NCBI RefSeq assembly: GCF_021730395.1 | Contig: NC_069369.1 | Location: forward strand, 29,869,250-29,933,249 | DNA length: 64,000 nt | From: Mercenaria mercenaria | Lineage: Eukaryota | Direction of reading: 5' to 3' | Part shown: positions 11,542-22,822 of the stretch, one piece after another | How the letters are laid out: the number at the start of each line of letters is the position of its first letter | How positions within the stretch are numbered: the first letter of the stretch is position 1 | Made by a program: the position numbers and the translations under genes | The notes under the pieces: model-generated | Databases searched by the model: none | What the model was told of the DNA's origin: nothing | What the model saw: only the letters and a program-made list of their open reading frames with translations

Positions 11542-11879
11542 CTGTAAAAAAAAATAAAACAAAAATCACCTTCTTTACCTGAATTGCATTTACGAGCCCT
11601 TTCCGGACATGGTAAAACTGTGGACATGTGTAAGAATTTTCACCAGTCACAGAGAATAATCTGTTTAATGCTCTACAATATATACATTCTTTTCTCATTA
11701 CTACCCCCAATAGCAAACACTTTCTGAATCTAAAAAAAATCAACTTCTAGAGATTTTTGAGCACACAGACTTTGATTTCTCAGATTTAGCTCTAACCTTT
11801 AAGTTGGTGTCACTGCAAAGGTTACATCCTTTTACAGATATTTTCTGATAATCCAGTCGAAATAATACATTTTCTCATA

Positions 11880-12060
11880 TCATGTCCTTAAAATGTTGGC
11901 CAAAAAAACTTTTCAATCATTATGTGACTTTTCATTTTCCAGCAAGGGAGCTACTGGTACCCTTTTTACATGTCTTTGGTATAACACAGCCAGGGATCGA
12001 ACCCACGACCTCCCACACTCAAAGCGGACACTCTGCCACTAGGCTATCAAGGTGGTTTCA
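11880..12060 (-). mobile_element. tRNA-derived SINE (minus orientation)
   Basis: Revcomp gives TAGCCTAGTGGCAGAGTG (box A) ...GGGTTCGATCCCTGG (box B). No pairing acceptor stem, so it is not a functional tRNA gene. Confidence 0.7.
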
Positions 12061-12309
12061 ATAAACTGACTAATGGGTGTTACATGTATTATGGTTATGT
12101 TTTATCAAATTAAAATGCTCATTCAACATGGTGTCTAACTTTCACAGAAATAATGTCAATAACTGACAGATATACAAACACAATGAAAGAACAACAACAA
12201 ATTGTGGAATTAGAAAAGTTGTTAAATATTTACTTCCTTCTTTATACAGTTACTGAGTTTTAGAATACTAAGAAATATGTGTTAGGTAAAATAGTCCTAA
12301 AAAACTTAC

Positions 12310-12400
12310 GAGAAGCGTCATAGTCTTTCTGTAGTTGTTCGAGGACTTCATATGCCGAGAAAAATCGGAATGGAAACTGTTTGCTGTTGATCACAGACCT
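12310..12400 (-). CDS. TEP1: TEP1-like exon 13, TROVE (RSVINSKQFPFRFFSAYEVLEQLQKDYDAS)
   Basis: Acceptor tgtttgcag| and donor CTTCTC|gtaagt. 30 codons+1. Confidence 0.7.
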
Positions 12401-12965
12401 CTGCAAACATGTTTTTGTTTGTACAATTCATTTACATGTATAAAAGAAATATTAGAATTCATAACTATCATTCATCACAAGTTTTTCCCAAAACTATAAA
12501 AAGTTACAATGTTTGAAACATTAAAACTAAAACATGTACAATATAAGAGGACTTTCCAAACAGATTAAAGGCAACATGCAATTTCTGGTCTTCTATAATC
12601 ATACATGGAATTCTGTTTCCACCATTAAATTTCTGACCTAATGGTGCTTAAAAACAAGTCATTTACATTTAATATGTCAAATTCTGAGTTTTCAGCTTTA
12701 ATGAATCATCAAAGTAAGAGCAGTGTTTTTAAAAATTACAATTTAAATTTTACATTTAGAAACACTTCAAATTTTTTCTTTTAAATTACATATTTTAACC
12801 CAGAAAACTTTTTTACATTTAATGAGAAAATTTCAGAGTAAAGTGCCAACAATTAAGTGTAAATGTTTGAGTTGATAAAATTTCCTGCTTCCATACTAAA
12901 ACAGTCATTTGTAGTTATGGGATCTTGTCCAGGCATACAAAATATTCAGGTAAACAATTTCATAC

Positions 12966-13075
12966 CTCATCTGTCAGTCTCCGAATGACTCCAGTGTGAT
13001 GTTTCGAGGAGATGCCTGCTTTAATCAGGTTCCTCAAGTTCCTTAACATAGCCATGAATGGTAGCTTCTTATGGT
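12966..13075 (-). CDS. TEP1: TEP1-like exon 12, TROVE (DHKKLPFMAMLRNLRNLIKAGISSKHHTGVIRRLTDE)
   Basis: Acceptor gttttcag| and donor GATGAG|gtatga. 2+36 codons. Confidence 0.7.
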
Positions 13076-13747
13076 CTGAAAACATTCATTATATATCCTT
13101 TAATACAGTTTAAAATCTTCCAGTGTTTGTTATAACCTAATATTATAAACCTGACTCGCCAGTCAATAGTCAAAACTATTGCCAAAGTTCTGAAAGACTG
13201 AGGGGAAATAAATGTTACTACTGACTGGCGAGTCATTCAATGTGTTTTGTTACATGACATCAGAAACTGACTTTCACATTTTTAAATTTTCTTTTTACTT
13301 TTTAACCAAGTAAACGTCTGTTGAAAAAAGACCAGTCATATAGCACAAACTATGGACTAGCAATTTATATAAACAGCCATGTAATAATGTACAATAAGAC
13401 ATCTCTATGAATAGATATAACTTCTTTAGTCAAGTGGTTATTCAGCTTATCTGCACAACTTTTATCTCACAGCTGCGGGTTTGAAAACCTACTTGAATGA
13501 AGAATTCTTTCATATGAGGAACCTATTTAATTGCCTAACAGAAGGTCAATGGCTCTGTTATATACCCATTAATGCCTGAAGTAAAAAGTCCACAAGGTAC
13601 AGGGTATGCCTTCGCTACTAAAGCTGCAAAGTTACCATAAGACCAAACAGTGTATATGTGAATTAAAACCTAACAGCAATATGAACACAGATTTCTCATT
13701 CAGACTTTCATGTATAAAGCACAAAAACACAAAATATTTGTGATTTG

Positions 13748-13895
13748 AGCCGCGCCATGAGAAAACCAACATAGTGGTTTTGCGACCAGCATGGATCCAG
13801 ACCAGCCTGCGCATCTGCGCAGTCTGGTCAGGATCCATGCTGTTCGCTAACAGTTTCTCTAATTGCAATACACTTCGAAAGCGAACAGCATGGCT
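13748..13895. mobile_element. Family B MITE, truncated, again followed by module C
   Basis: Same head. The overlapping ORFs 13632..14027 (minus) and 13774..14064 (plus) are artefacts of the palindrome. Confidence 0.7.
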
Positions 13896-13994
13896 CATTT
13901 GTGATTTTATTTCTAGTTGTTCTGGGTTTAGAGTCACCTCAACACAATTTAGGCTGTTTAGTGACTTTTCCAGCTTTTTATGGTTGAGGAACAG

Positions 13995-14170
13995 CCCAAT
14001 CGCCCCTCTGGGCATTATTTCGGTCATGAGCAGGAACCTGGGTAGAACAACTGCTCTTCAATAAGCCAGCAGGGTGGCTTTCTCATGCGAAAGTCTTCTA
14101 CACCTCAAGCGAGGTTCTGAACCCACAATGGTAACAGTGCAAGTGACTGTTTGTTGGGTACTGAGGCCTC
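13995..14170 (+). mobile_element. Module C copy
   Basis: See 4300-4545. Confidence 0.5.
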
Positions 14171-14874
14171 TCTTGTGATCTTAAAAGGAAAGGCAATGTT
14201 GTTTTTACGTTAATTCCGTCAGCTAGGAATTATTAAATCATTTAAAGAAGTGAAAGAATTTTCAAAATCGGCTTTAAAATGTGAAAGTTATGAGCGGTTG
14301 AATATTTGATTCCATGCCAACAGAAATCAAAATGGTGGATTTATTAAATTTCTATATACATATTTGAATTGTATTTTCTTATTTCTGTAAAGTAATTTCG
14401 CTACTGTTTCCAGCTATAATGAAAGAAATTACCATGTTTTACATCTTACACTCAAGAAACATATGAAATCTATCTACTGAAAAGAATTCAGCAGTGTGTA
14501 AATGACGACATAAACACACTAAAATGGCTGCCTCATAGCCATTTTCTTAAATTTAAAACTGTCATATCTTTTTCAATAGTGGTCCGATTTTAAAAATTCT
14601 TTCAGCGTTATGAAAGGCTTGAGGATGGCTCAAGCAAGTTCACTGGAAATAAAACTTCTTCTACAACACAGCAATTGTTAATCAAATAACTGTTACACAA
14701 AAAGGACCATAACTCAAATTATTCCTCATTAATGCCCTCTTCGAAAGAAACCCATTATTCAGTAAGCAAATGATTTTTAAGTTTTTAGCCTTTACTCTAA
14801 CCTGTTAGTATACAATTTATACCATCATTGCAACAGAAGTATGATTTAACAGACATTTTACTCTCACACCATAC

Positions 14875-15032
14875 CTAACAATTCTTGCCACGTAGAAGCC
14901 TTGTTCCCTTTAAGTGACACCTGTGTCTCCCATGTTTCAGGAACAGGAAGTTTCATCCTCTTTCCGGCACGCTCCTCCTCGTAGGTGCCTGGTAATCGAG
15001 ACCGGTAAAACTCATCCAGTGAACTTGGATAC
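14875..15032 (-). CDS. TEP1: TEP1-like exon 11, TROVE (KYPSSLDEFYRSRLPGTYEEERAGKRMKLPVPETWETQVSLKGNKASTWQELL)
   Basis: Acceptor ..tctacaag| and donor TTGTTAG|gtatgg. 1+52 codons+1. Corresponds to ORF 14864..15157. Confidence 0.7.
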
Positions 15033-15683
15033 CTTGTAGACAAATCAGAATTTAAATATAATCTGTACGGCCAAAACAAATGTTTAAAAGTAAAAGATAA
15101 AAGGAATTTTTCCCCCAAATTTATGTTTTTTGTTTTTTTTAAAATTATAATGAGCAAATTCTGGTGTTGAATGGGTTTTTGTAATGAAATAAATCAATCC
15201 TTCTATTCTGTGAATGATTTTAATGGCATTTCTGCGGCACAATTTTGCCCAGTCACCCTACCATGAACAGATGCCCAGTTATCATACAGCAAACGGAAGA
15301 AACTGTTGTTTAACCAAATCAATCTGCCGAACTTCTAAGTTCCTTCCACGAAGCATGGAAGATTAATGTATATCACTAAAATATGTACTGTATGCTTTGT
15401 TATATTAGTGCAGCACTATTTAAGCGCTACCCCAAAATTTAGTATTTTTTTTACCTATTTGTGCAGTTTTATTTAGCATGGCACTGATGCAGAATTTGTA
15501 TTTTGCACACACTGAAGGTGCAGAATAAACAGAAATTCAGATTAAAACTGACATCAATGCCATATATTTGCAGTTAATATCTATGTGCAATGTGCTGAAA
15601 TCGCCCTGAGGCTACTCCAGGACAAGGCAGTGTCATGAACAAGCTTGGTAGTGACTAGCACTAGCTGCACAACAATACTCTCT

Positions 15684-15894
15684 AACCCTTACCATGCCGG
15701 ACACAATTGGTTTTGCCTTTGCGACCGGTGTAGATCATGATCAGCCTGCACATCTGTGCAGTCTGATCAAGATCTGCACTGTTCGCTATTCAGGCAGTAT
15801 CTTTTTGGTAAGCACCCCTTTTAACAGTTAATGGTACTGTCCAAATTGGAAGATGGACAAGTTCATTATAGAAATTCAGCAAGGTAAGGGCTAA
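15684..15894 (-). mobile_element. Family A MITE copy, minus orientation, flanked by CTAA on both sides
   Basis: ctaa|CCCTTACCATGCC...GGTAAGGG|ctaa. The identical variant tetranucleotide at both flanks supports a target-site duplication. Confidence 0.8.
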
Positions 15895-15982
15895 TACAGT
15901 ATGATACAGAAGTAACCATAAAGTACCAGAAAGAACATAAGTACAAGAAAGAATACTATATGCTATAGTGAACCATACTCAC

Positions 15983-16134
15983 TTTTTCCCAATGAGACAC
16001 ATAACATGCTCTACAGGTTCTGTTATATGAAGTTTTCTGATCAGTTGTTTTATCGAAAAACTCATTTTCTGCAGCTGTTCCGGACTCTCTCCATCATCAA
16101 ACATAACACTATCCAGACCTTTCTCTGCTTGATT
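15983..16134 (-). CDS. TEP1: TEP1-like exon 10, TROVE (NQAEKGLDSVMFDDGESPEQLQKMSFSIKQLIRKLHITEPVEHVMCLIGK)
   Basis: Acceptor catttcag| and donor GGGAAAAA|gtgagt. 50 codons+2. Confidence 0.7.
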
Positions 16135-16508
16135 CTGAAATGAAAAATGTAAATACTGAAGTTAATGGTAATTGAGAGAACTACACGTAAGCTTTTTATA
16201 AATTTGACATAAAACAGACACGTCTTAGAAAAATCTTGTCCAAAAATATTTACATATTCATTAAGAGAGAGTTTAAACAATACTATTAATTTAAAAAAAA
16301 ATAAAATTCAGCTTTCCGCAAATATCGCAGTTCTTATATATGTAACATAACAATAAAAATAATCGTTAAGATACTGAAATTCAGCAAAAGTGATTTTTGT
16401 AAGAAAAAAAAAGAAAACTGCATTGATTTATACATGTACAAATAAAAGACACCCCCACAATGCAGCTGGAATCGTTATCAAAACCCAAATATGAGCAAAG
16501 CAAAACAC

Positions 16509-16759
16509 CTGTCTGTGAGTTTCAGCTTCTTCATCCGAGTCAATTTCTGACCCAGAGCTTGAGCTGTCGGAGTCCAACATTGAGCCACGACCCCTGCCAG
16601 CGGCTGCTCCATCTCTTCCTCTAGTAGCTGCAGCTCCACGACCCCTACCTCTCCCTCCACGCCCTCTACCCCCTCTCGTGGAGACTCCTCCCTTTGCTTC
16701 TTCGGCTTTCCTCAACTTCTTCTTTTTCTTCTTTTTGGAACTCTCCTTGTTATATTTGG
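16509..16759 (-). CDS. TEP1: TEP1-like exon 9: ..AKYNKESS then a poly-Lys, RGG/RG-rich and acidic Ser-rich low-complexity insert (KKKKKKKLRKAEEAKGGVSTRGGRGRGGRGRGRG...SDSSSSGSEIDSDEEAETHRQ)
   Basis: Acceptor ttgtttttctctccag| and donor ACAGACAG|gtgttt. 2+83 codons. Corresponds to ORF 16428..16781. Confidence 0.75.
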
Positions 16760-16986
16760 CTGGAGAGAAAAACAACAACATTTATTGTTAAATATTCAGA
16801 AACTGGTAAATATTCATGGTAGTCATTTGCGAGTTGCACTATTTGTAAATAATACAATTATAATAACAACAGTAATAAAGCCATCTGGAACACCATCTGG
16901 TCTTTACTATAATGTTACCAGAGAAACCTGCATGTTATAGAAGTATCAAATATGGACATCTACAAAAGAAACTACTGGGATTTCAT

Positions 16987-17194
16987 TTAACCCTTATCAT
17001 GCTGGACAGGATTGGGTCTGCCTTTGCGACCAGTGTAGATCATGATCAGCCTGCACATCCATACAGTCTGATCATGATCTACACTGTTCGCCATTCCAAC
17101 AGTATCTTTTTGGTTAGCACCCCTTAGTTAATGGTACTGTCCAAATTGAAAGATGGATAAGTTCATTATAAAATTTTAGCAGGGTAAGGGTTAA
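16987..17194 (-). mobile_element. Family A MITE copy, minus orientation, TTAA-flanked
   Basis: ttaa|CCCTTATCATGCTGG...GGGTAAGGG|ttaa. ORF 16912..17127 is an artefact. Confidence 0.8.
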
Positions 17195-17270
17195 TATTGT
17201 GGGCATAACATTTTGTGGTCTTCAAAAAAAGGCTATTTTGTGGGGACATGAACTGATGGATTTCAAATGT

Positions 17271-17483
17271 TTAACTTTTACCCTGCTAAATTTCTAAAAT
17301 GAACTGGTCCATCATTCAATTTCAGCAGTACCATTTATTATTTGAAGGGATGTTCACTGAAAATTTACTAACTGAATAGCAACCAGTGCAGACCAAGCTT
17401 AGCCTGCATGAATGTGCAGGCTGATTTTGGTCTGAACTGGTCGCAAAGGCAGAATCACTAGCGGCCAGCAGGCTAAAGGTTAA
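17271..17483 (+). mobile_element. Divergent family A-related MITE (palindrome arms altered to cagaccaagcttagcctgcatg / cgcaggctgattttggtctg)
   Basis: Same architecture and end motifs (..ccctgctaaatttctaaaatgaac...ctaaagg|ttaa) with about 70% identity. Confidence 0.6.
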
Positions 17484-17542
17484 CAGAAAACAAAACTGAA
17501 ATGCCAAATAAGCCAGACAATCTGTTTATGATAACTTCTTAC

Positions 17543-17639
17543 CAAGCTGATACTTGTCAAAGTCAGGAAACTTGGCTACCATGGCACGTCTCAAAGCTGA
17601 AGGCAAGGAACCAAGAGGTAATGTCTTTTCTGGGAATGC
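17543..17639 (-). CDS. TEP1: TEP1-like exon 8, TROVE (AFPEKTLPLGSLPSALRRAMVAKFPDFDKYQL)
   Basis: Acceptor ttattttag| and donor CAGCTTG|gtaaga. 32 codons+1. The DFDKYQL.KYN motif is completed across the junction to the next exon. Confidence 0.8.
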
Positions 17640-18366
17640 CTAAAATAAAATACAAAATTGAGAAAGACATAATCAGCTGTTACATATATATCTGAAATTC
17701 AAATGCAATTGGTCTAGCAGTAAAATCAGTTCATAACTGTGTTGACCTGGTAAAGTTGAAGATGCTGGTTTGTCAACTTTGTTTTATAAATGACAGTGTT
17801 GTACCCTCCATTCTATACTGAATTATAAGCTCTTCATACTTTTGACTAAATGAAACATTAACCATCATATGACAGTAAAAACTCATTACTGACTCCAATG
17901 GTGATCATTCATCTGTAGTTAAATGTTGACACAGTCTAAATTGTGCGTATTTGTTAATTTTTTGAAAATGAGGTAAATTAATCCAAATATAGCATTCTTA
18001 TCTATGAAATGTGTTGCTAAGAAAAGAAAAATTATTGTGGATCATTCATGCTAATGCAGTACAACATTCAAGGTTTGCTGTGGTGTTGTGCAATCAATTA
18101 GACAGCCAAAAGTTCAAGCCCTAGCGCAGACCTCTACTCCTCCACAAGTGGTATAAGATTTCAGAGACAAGGATCTAAGTGTGACTAATCCCACCTTCTT
18201 AGATTTAGATGTGTGTCAATCCACAAAAACTAAATTACTAATTAACAAATACAATACCCATTTATTTCATCTTCCAGGAAATTAGCCGCTTCAGGAAAAC
18301 GAAGAAATATTACATAATTTTAAAGAATATTACAAGAATTATAAAGTTAAACATTAAACCACTTAC

Positions 18367-18528
18367 AGAATAGATCTCGGCAACTTCTATCCAATCAGAT
18401 GGCAGGGCTATAGATGCACTGAAGTATTTCTTCAGGTAAGGTCTGCAGGCTGGCATGTGTGATGCCAGAGCCAACATAAAGTTTGCTGTAGTTCTGATGT
18501 TCAACTGTTTTCTTGTATACAGTGCAAC
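18367..18528 (-). CDS. TEP1: TEP1-like exon 7, TROVE (VALYTRKQLNIRTTANFMLALASHMPACRPYLKKYFSASIALPSDWIEVAEIYS)
   Basis: Acceptor ttgtttag| and donor TATTCT|gtaagt. 54 codons. Strong similarity to human TEP1 HLHTAANFLLALACHLPQCRPHLAHVFPLALALPRDWLTVASTYS (from memory). Confidence 0.85.
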
Positions 18529-18599
18529 CTAAACAATCAACGGTACCATATCATAGTGATTATCTAGAATCTTGTATTTGATAATCCTTCTTAAACACA

Positions 18600-18900
18600 T
18601 CATCTAGTGGGTACATCAGTGTGTTTTGGTGACCGGCATGGTATGGATTTTAGCCATGCCGTAAATAAAGGAGGCCCAACATAATCCGGGAACTCAGAGA
18701 AAAAGCCAAAAGGCACTAAAGAATAAACGCATATAAACCGCATTTTTACAATTTAACTTGGGGATTTGTAAAGCCTAAAGGTAAGCGCGGCAATGCGGTA
18801 CCATGGCCGTACAAGCGGGGTAGATTGGAGGCCCGAGTTTCACTACCTAGGGACGACGAGAGTTTTTGGTCTTAAACTAGAGGTATGGGATTTAAATGTC
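18600..18900. other. GC-rich structured island inside a TEP1 intron (hairpin GGCATGG-tatggattttag-CCATGCC; GC-rich stem region ending in TTTTT)
   Basis: Local GC content is far above the surroundings. A minus-strand stretch TACGGCCATggTACC weakly resembles a 5S rRNA 5' end. No confident assignment. Confidence 0.2.
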
Positions 18901-19536
18901 TACAAATAAGTTCCTGAAGTACTCTGAACAAGATTTTTACAAAAAGTTCACACCTAAATGCTTAGTATTATACCTCTAACAGAAGCTACTGTGAGAAAAA
19001 TAATTAATTAATCATGACTGGAAACAGTATTCCTTTTTTCAAACAATTGGTAAGACAGCTTTTACATTTCAAAAACTTTCAATGAAAAGTAGACCATATG
19101 CAATACCTTGACTTGGTCCTTTGGGATCATGGGGAACATTTATTTTTTACTATAATAGAATTCCCCTTAAGCCAGTGCTAGGGGGAGCACGAGAGGTGTT
19201 GCACATTTTATCACATGTCATGAACAGACTCAATCAAACCGAGACTGCTATTATATTGTTTGGTTGCACTTTATGCTTCCAAAGAATCTTCTCACAGAGT
19301 TTATTGGCTGTGAGCTTTTTGATAAGAAATCTAAAGCAAAGCTTTCAAAAGCATTTTGTAATCTATAGTTAAACAGTTTTTTCAGCTCATTTTTTTCTAA
19401 AACAAATAACACTTAAAATCGACACAAAAACTTCCAGTTGTATTAGACAAGGAATTTAAATCTGTAAGGCTTCTCAACAAAAAAAAAAACAACACAGGTC
19501 TAAGCAGACCAAATGTGTGACATATTATTGTCATAC

Positions 19537-19671
19537 CTTGAGAACAAACTCCGGATCATAGCAGATCACCTTCTGAGCCATTGTTACAAGAGCTACCCGT
19601 GTAGGATCCGTGCCGAGACGGAAATCTGGCTGACATATCAGTGAGCCACTCACAGCATTCACTAGGGCAAA
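19537..19671 (-). CDS. TEP1: TEP1-like exon 6, start of TROVE domain (FALVNAVSGSLICQPDFRLGTDPTRVALVTMAQKVICYDPEFVLK)
   Basis: Acceptor ttctttcag| and donor CTCAAG|gtatga. 45 codons, phase 0/0. Resembles human TEP1 ...AARVALHTMARDAVCADPHFAL... (recalled from memory). Confidence 0.8.
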
Positions 19672-20825
19672 CTGAAAGAAAAATATCAAATTTGGCAATC
19701 CTCATAAATAAATCAGTAACTGTTAACCTACCAACATGATCAAGATATCAGACATTAAAAGTGATATTTTTGATTTACAGTCCTCCCATCATTTCAAACT
19801 CATTCAAACTGAATTGCTTTGCAGAACATGATTTAAATCTGTGATTCCATTACAGCATGACAGATACAGGGTCTCTTCCGAGGCAATTGACTAGATGACT
19901 GTAGCTTACTATATGAATTTCAAACATCATTTATAAAATACATTTACGATCTAAGATTTAAAATGGTTTTGTCTTGTTTCTTTTTAATTACTTACATATC
20001 GTAACTTTGAACAAAGAAAAATTCCAGGGCTTTTTCAGGGGGTTTTGGGAAAAAGGCCCCTGGTCATATTGGGAATTTTTAACGCGGTAAATTGTCAAAT
20101 TTGGGAAAATATACTGACAAATTAAGTGAGTTTTTAATTAATATATATATTAGTTTGAATCTTCAGTTTTAAATTTTACTGGTAGACAATATCCCCTTGT
20201 GAAATTTTGAGAATTCTTTTTTCAGGATTGTGTTCCAGTATTGCCTAAAAATATTTATTTGTCATGCTAAAATTTTTGTTTACAGTTTGTTTTCACCAAA
20301 GTTATAACTGAAATTATCCAAAAAGTAGAATGGCAAAGTGCGTGTATTTTCGAGTGTAAAAGCTGGGTCGCGAAAATATGTGACAGTTGATTTTAATGGT
20401 ATAAGAACTACCTGTCAACATGTTTTAGGTACTTTATTCAATTAATATTTGTGTTTTTATGCATTTTGAGAGGTTTTTGCATACAAATCATACATTTCTC
20501 CAGCAAAATTTTGTTATTATTTTTTACCGAGGTTGCAGACGGTCATGTTATTAAAAATAGAAACGAGTTGGTTTTTCCAACATTTTGTTTGATTTACTTG
20601 GCAAACAAAACTAATTGTGCAAGAATTATTAGAAAGTAACTGATTTCAGTTGGGAAAGTTTTCATTGGATTGGGAATTTTTTGCTCCAGATTGGGAAAAA
20701 TAGAGCATATTTGGCATTGGGAATGGGGCCGAATATCGGCCCCGTGAGATAGGGTGAAAACGCCCTGAATTCTCTGAAATACCTATATTATAATTATTAA
20801 CGTTTAGCCAGCTGGTGGCAAGTGA

Positions 20826-20963
20826 TTCAGGCTGATCATGGTCTACACTGTTCACTATTCAGTCATTAAATTTTCAGTGAACACCCCTTTGAATAATAAA
20901 TGGTACTGCCCAAATTGAAAGATAGACCAGTCCAATTTAGAAATTTAGCAGGGTAAAGGTTAA
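20826..20963 (-). mobile_element. Family A MITE fragment (minus orientation, 3'-half)
   Basis: ggctgatcatggtctacactgttcac...gggtaaagg|ttaa. Confidence 0.6.
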
Positions 20964-21003
20964 GTTTATGGCAAGCTTTGACACATATATTTCAGTGATC
21001 TTA

Positions 21004-21170
21004 CCTTCAAACCATTGACATCATGAATTTTTGCAGCTATTATAAGTGATCTGTCTCTATCTGGAGGTGTGAACCTTGGCATCTCTATTTCCCGCCCTGC
21101 TGAAATCTCATTGGATAAATTGTAAGATGGGGGTGGAGCTGCATGCTTATCAAATCTGGCACGTTTTCTG
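21004..21170 (-). CDS. TEP1: TEP1-like exon 5 (RKRARFDKHAAPPPSYNLSNEISAGREIEMPRFTPPDRDRSLIIAAKIHDVNGLK)
   Basis: Acceptor attttacag| and donor TTGAAG|gtaaga. 167 nt gives 2+55 codons. Matches ORF track 20966..21226. Confidence 0.65.
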
Positions 21171-21795
21171 CCTGTAAAATTATAACAGTAAATGGCAAAA
21201 TTAAAAGGATTGTTTGATTTACACACTACTGCTTCAGCTGCATACTGTTAAAGCAACATAGCAGCAGCATCTTTATCAATATTCTGTGAGACAATGGTTT
21301 TATGTAATTAGAAAATATGAAATATATTTAACAAAATCTGTAAGAAGATCCCTTGGAAGCACTGAATGCAACCTAAAAAGAATAATAGCAGACTTGGTTT
21401 GATCGAGTCTGTTCATGAGAGGTAATGAAATGTGCAACACCTCTCACGCTCCCTAGTACTGGCGTAAGCAGCTCTATTACACATCAATTGAATGGACTCC
21501 ATGATCCCAAAGGACCAGTAAAATCATTTGGCCTTCTCAACTCTTCCAATTGAATTATTTCTAAAACATTAAGCCAATGGTGCAACCTCTATTTAGGTGC
21601 TAGCTCAGAAATGGTTAATCTATTAGAAATGATTCTAGTTAGAAAGATAAAATTTGCCCTTAAATTTTGAGGTGTAAAAATCAAGGATTTATCAAAGTCA
21701 AAAACTTTTAAAAGCTCAATTTAATAATCTGCATTATGTTTTAATCTTAAAAGCTAAATTATATCATACTAATGGTTTTAACTTAAAAAGTTTAC

Positions 21796-22239
21796 CTTTG
21801 CCCATCTTTTTCTCTCCTTTCCCCTTCTTTGGTTTTGCCTCTTCTGACTTTGAAGAGGTCACACTTGTACTTCTCAGTAAATCACTTTTCAATCCAGATG
21901 TCAAACCCATTGACAATGATCCTCCTGTTTCCTTAAATTTTGTTTCAATCAAGGTGGAGCTTAGAGAAGATGTGGGTGGAGCTTTGGATAAGAAGGCTGA
22001 GCCACTTGTTAATGATGACCCACCTCCTGTTAATTTCTTAGAGACAGTGGTAAGTTTGGGTGACCCCAGTAATTCTGATCTGTGACTGGCCTGACTGCTC
22101 CCACCACTGCTGACCTGCGACCTTGTCCGTTTCCCTGACAACATGTCACTAAGGTCTCTGGACGGCTTGCTCAACAATGATGATGACAGTGAAGATTGAG
22201 TAATAGAGCCTCCCTCCACTGGCGATTTCTTCAAAAGCC
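21796..22239 (-). CDS. TEP1: TEP1-like exon 4, long Ser-rich low-complexity segment (LLKKSPVEGGSITQSS...KPKKGKGEKKMGK); corresponds to ORF 21764..22234
   Basis: Acceptor ..ctccaaaatcag| and donor GGCAAAG|gtaaac. 444 nt gives 2+147 codons+1, in frame. Confidence 0.6.
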
Positions 22240-22556
22240 CTGATTTTGGAGATTATAAAGAATAGTAATATCATTCAAACACTTTCATTAGCAAAGATTA
22301 ACGAAACTGCTGCCAAAGAAATTAGAAAGCTTCCTTTGTCACAATATGTTTTCCCCAAAATTACTTAAAAATATCACCAAGAAAACAAGGTTTCATATTA
22401 TACATTGCACCATGAATTATCTTTAAAAATAAATAAAAAAATTCCAGAAAAGCAAAGAAACCATGCATATATATCACATAAAAAACTAAGGCCACTTCTT
22501 CAAGTTCTTGGAGGAAGCCACAAAACCATAATAATTTTAATTGTTATTCTTTTCAA

Positions 22557-22779
22557 TTTAACCCTTAGCATGCTGGAACAATTGGTTCTGCCTTTGCAAC
22601 CAGTGTAGATCATGATAAGCCTGCACATCTATCACATCCGTGCAGTCTGATTATGATCTACACTTTTCGCTATTCAGCCAGTATCTTTTCTGGTAAGCAC
22701 CCATTTTAACAGTCAATGGTACTGTCCAAACTGGGAGATGGACAAGTTCATTATAGAAATTTAGCAGGGTAAGGGTTAA
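22557..22779 (-). mobile_element. Family A MITE copy, minus orientation, TTAA-flanked, carrying a 10-bp internal insertion
   Basis: ttaa|CCCTTAGCATGCTGG...GGGTAAGGG|ttaa. Confidence 0.8.
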
Positions 22780-22822
22780 CATCATTTACTTTCAAATTTG
22801 AATGTTCAAATTGTGATAATAC

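Noticed and set aside
11945-12060. Possible tRNA genes at 11945-12060, 41225-41300 and 51030-51110 (strong box A/B matches)
   Set aside because: In each case the 5' and 3' ends cannot form a 7-bp acceptor stem and the anticodon/T arms do not pair. I interpret them as tRNA-derived SINE heads or fragments.
3234-17507. 65-75-aa ORFs 3234..3431, 6914..7111, 16912..17127, 17322..17507, 3622..3828, 5582..5770, 13632..14027/13774..14064
   Set aside because: All fall entirely within MITE family A or B copies and recur because the repeat recurs, not because of coding conservation.
18760-18850. 5S rRNA-like string TACGGCCATggTACC on the minus strand
   Set aside because: Similarity is limited to about 15 nt, and the rest of the 5S sequence is absent.
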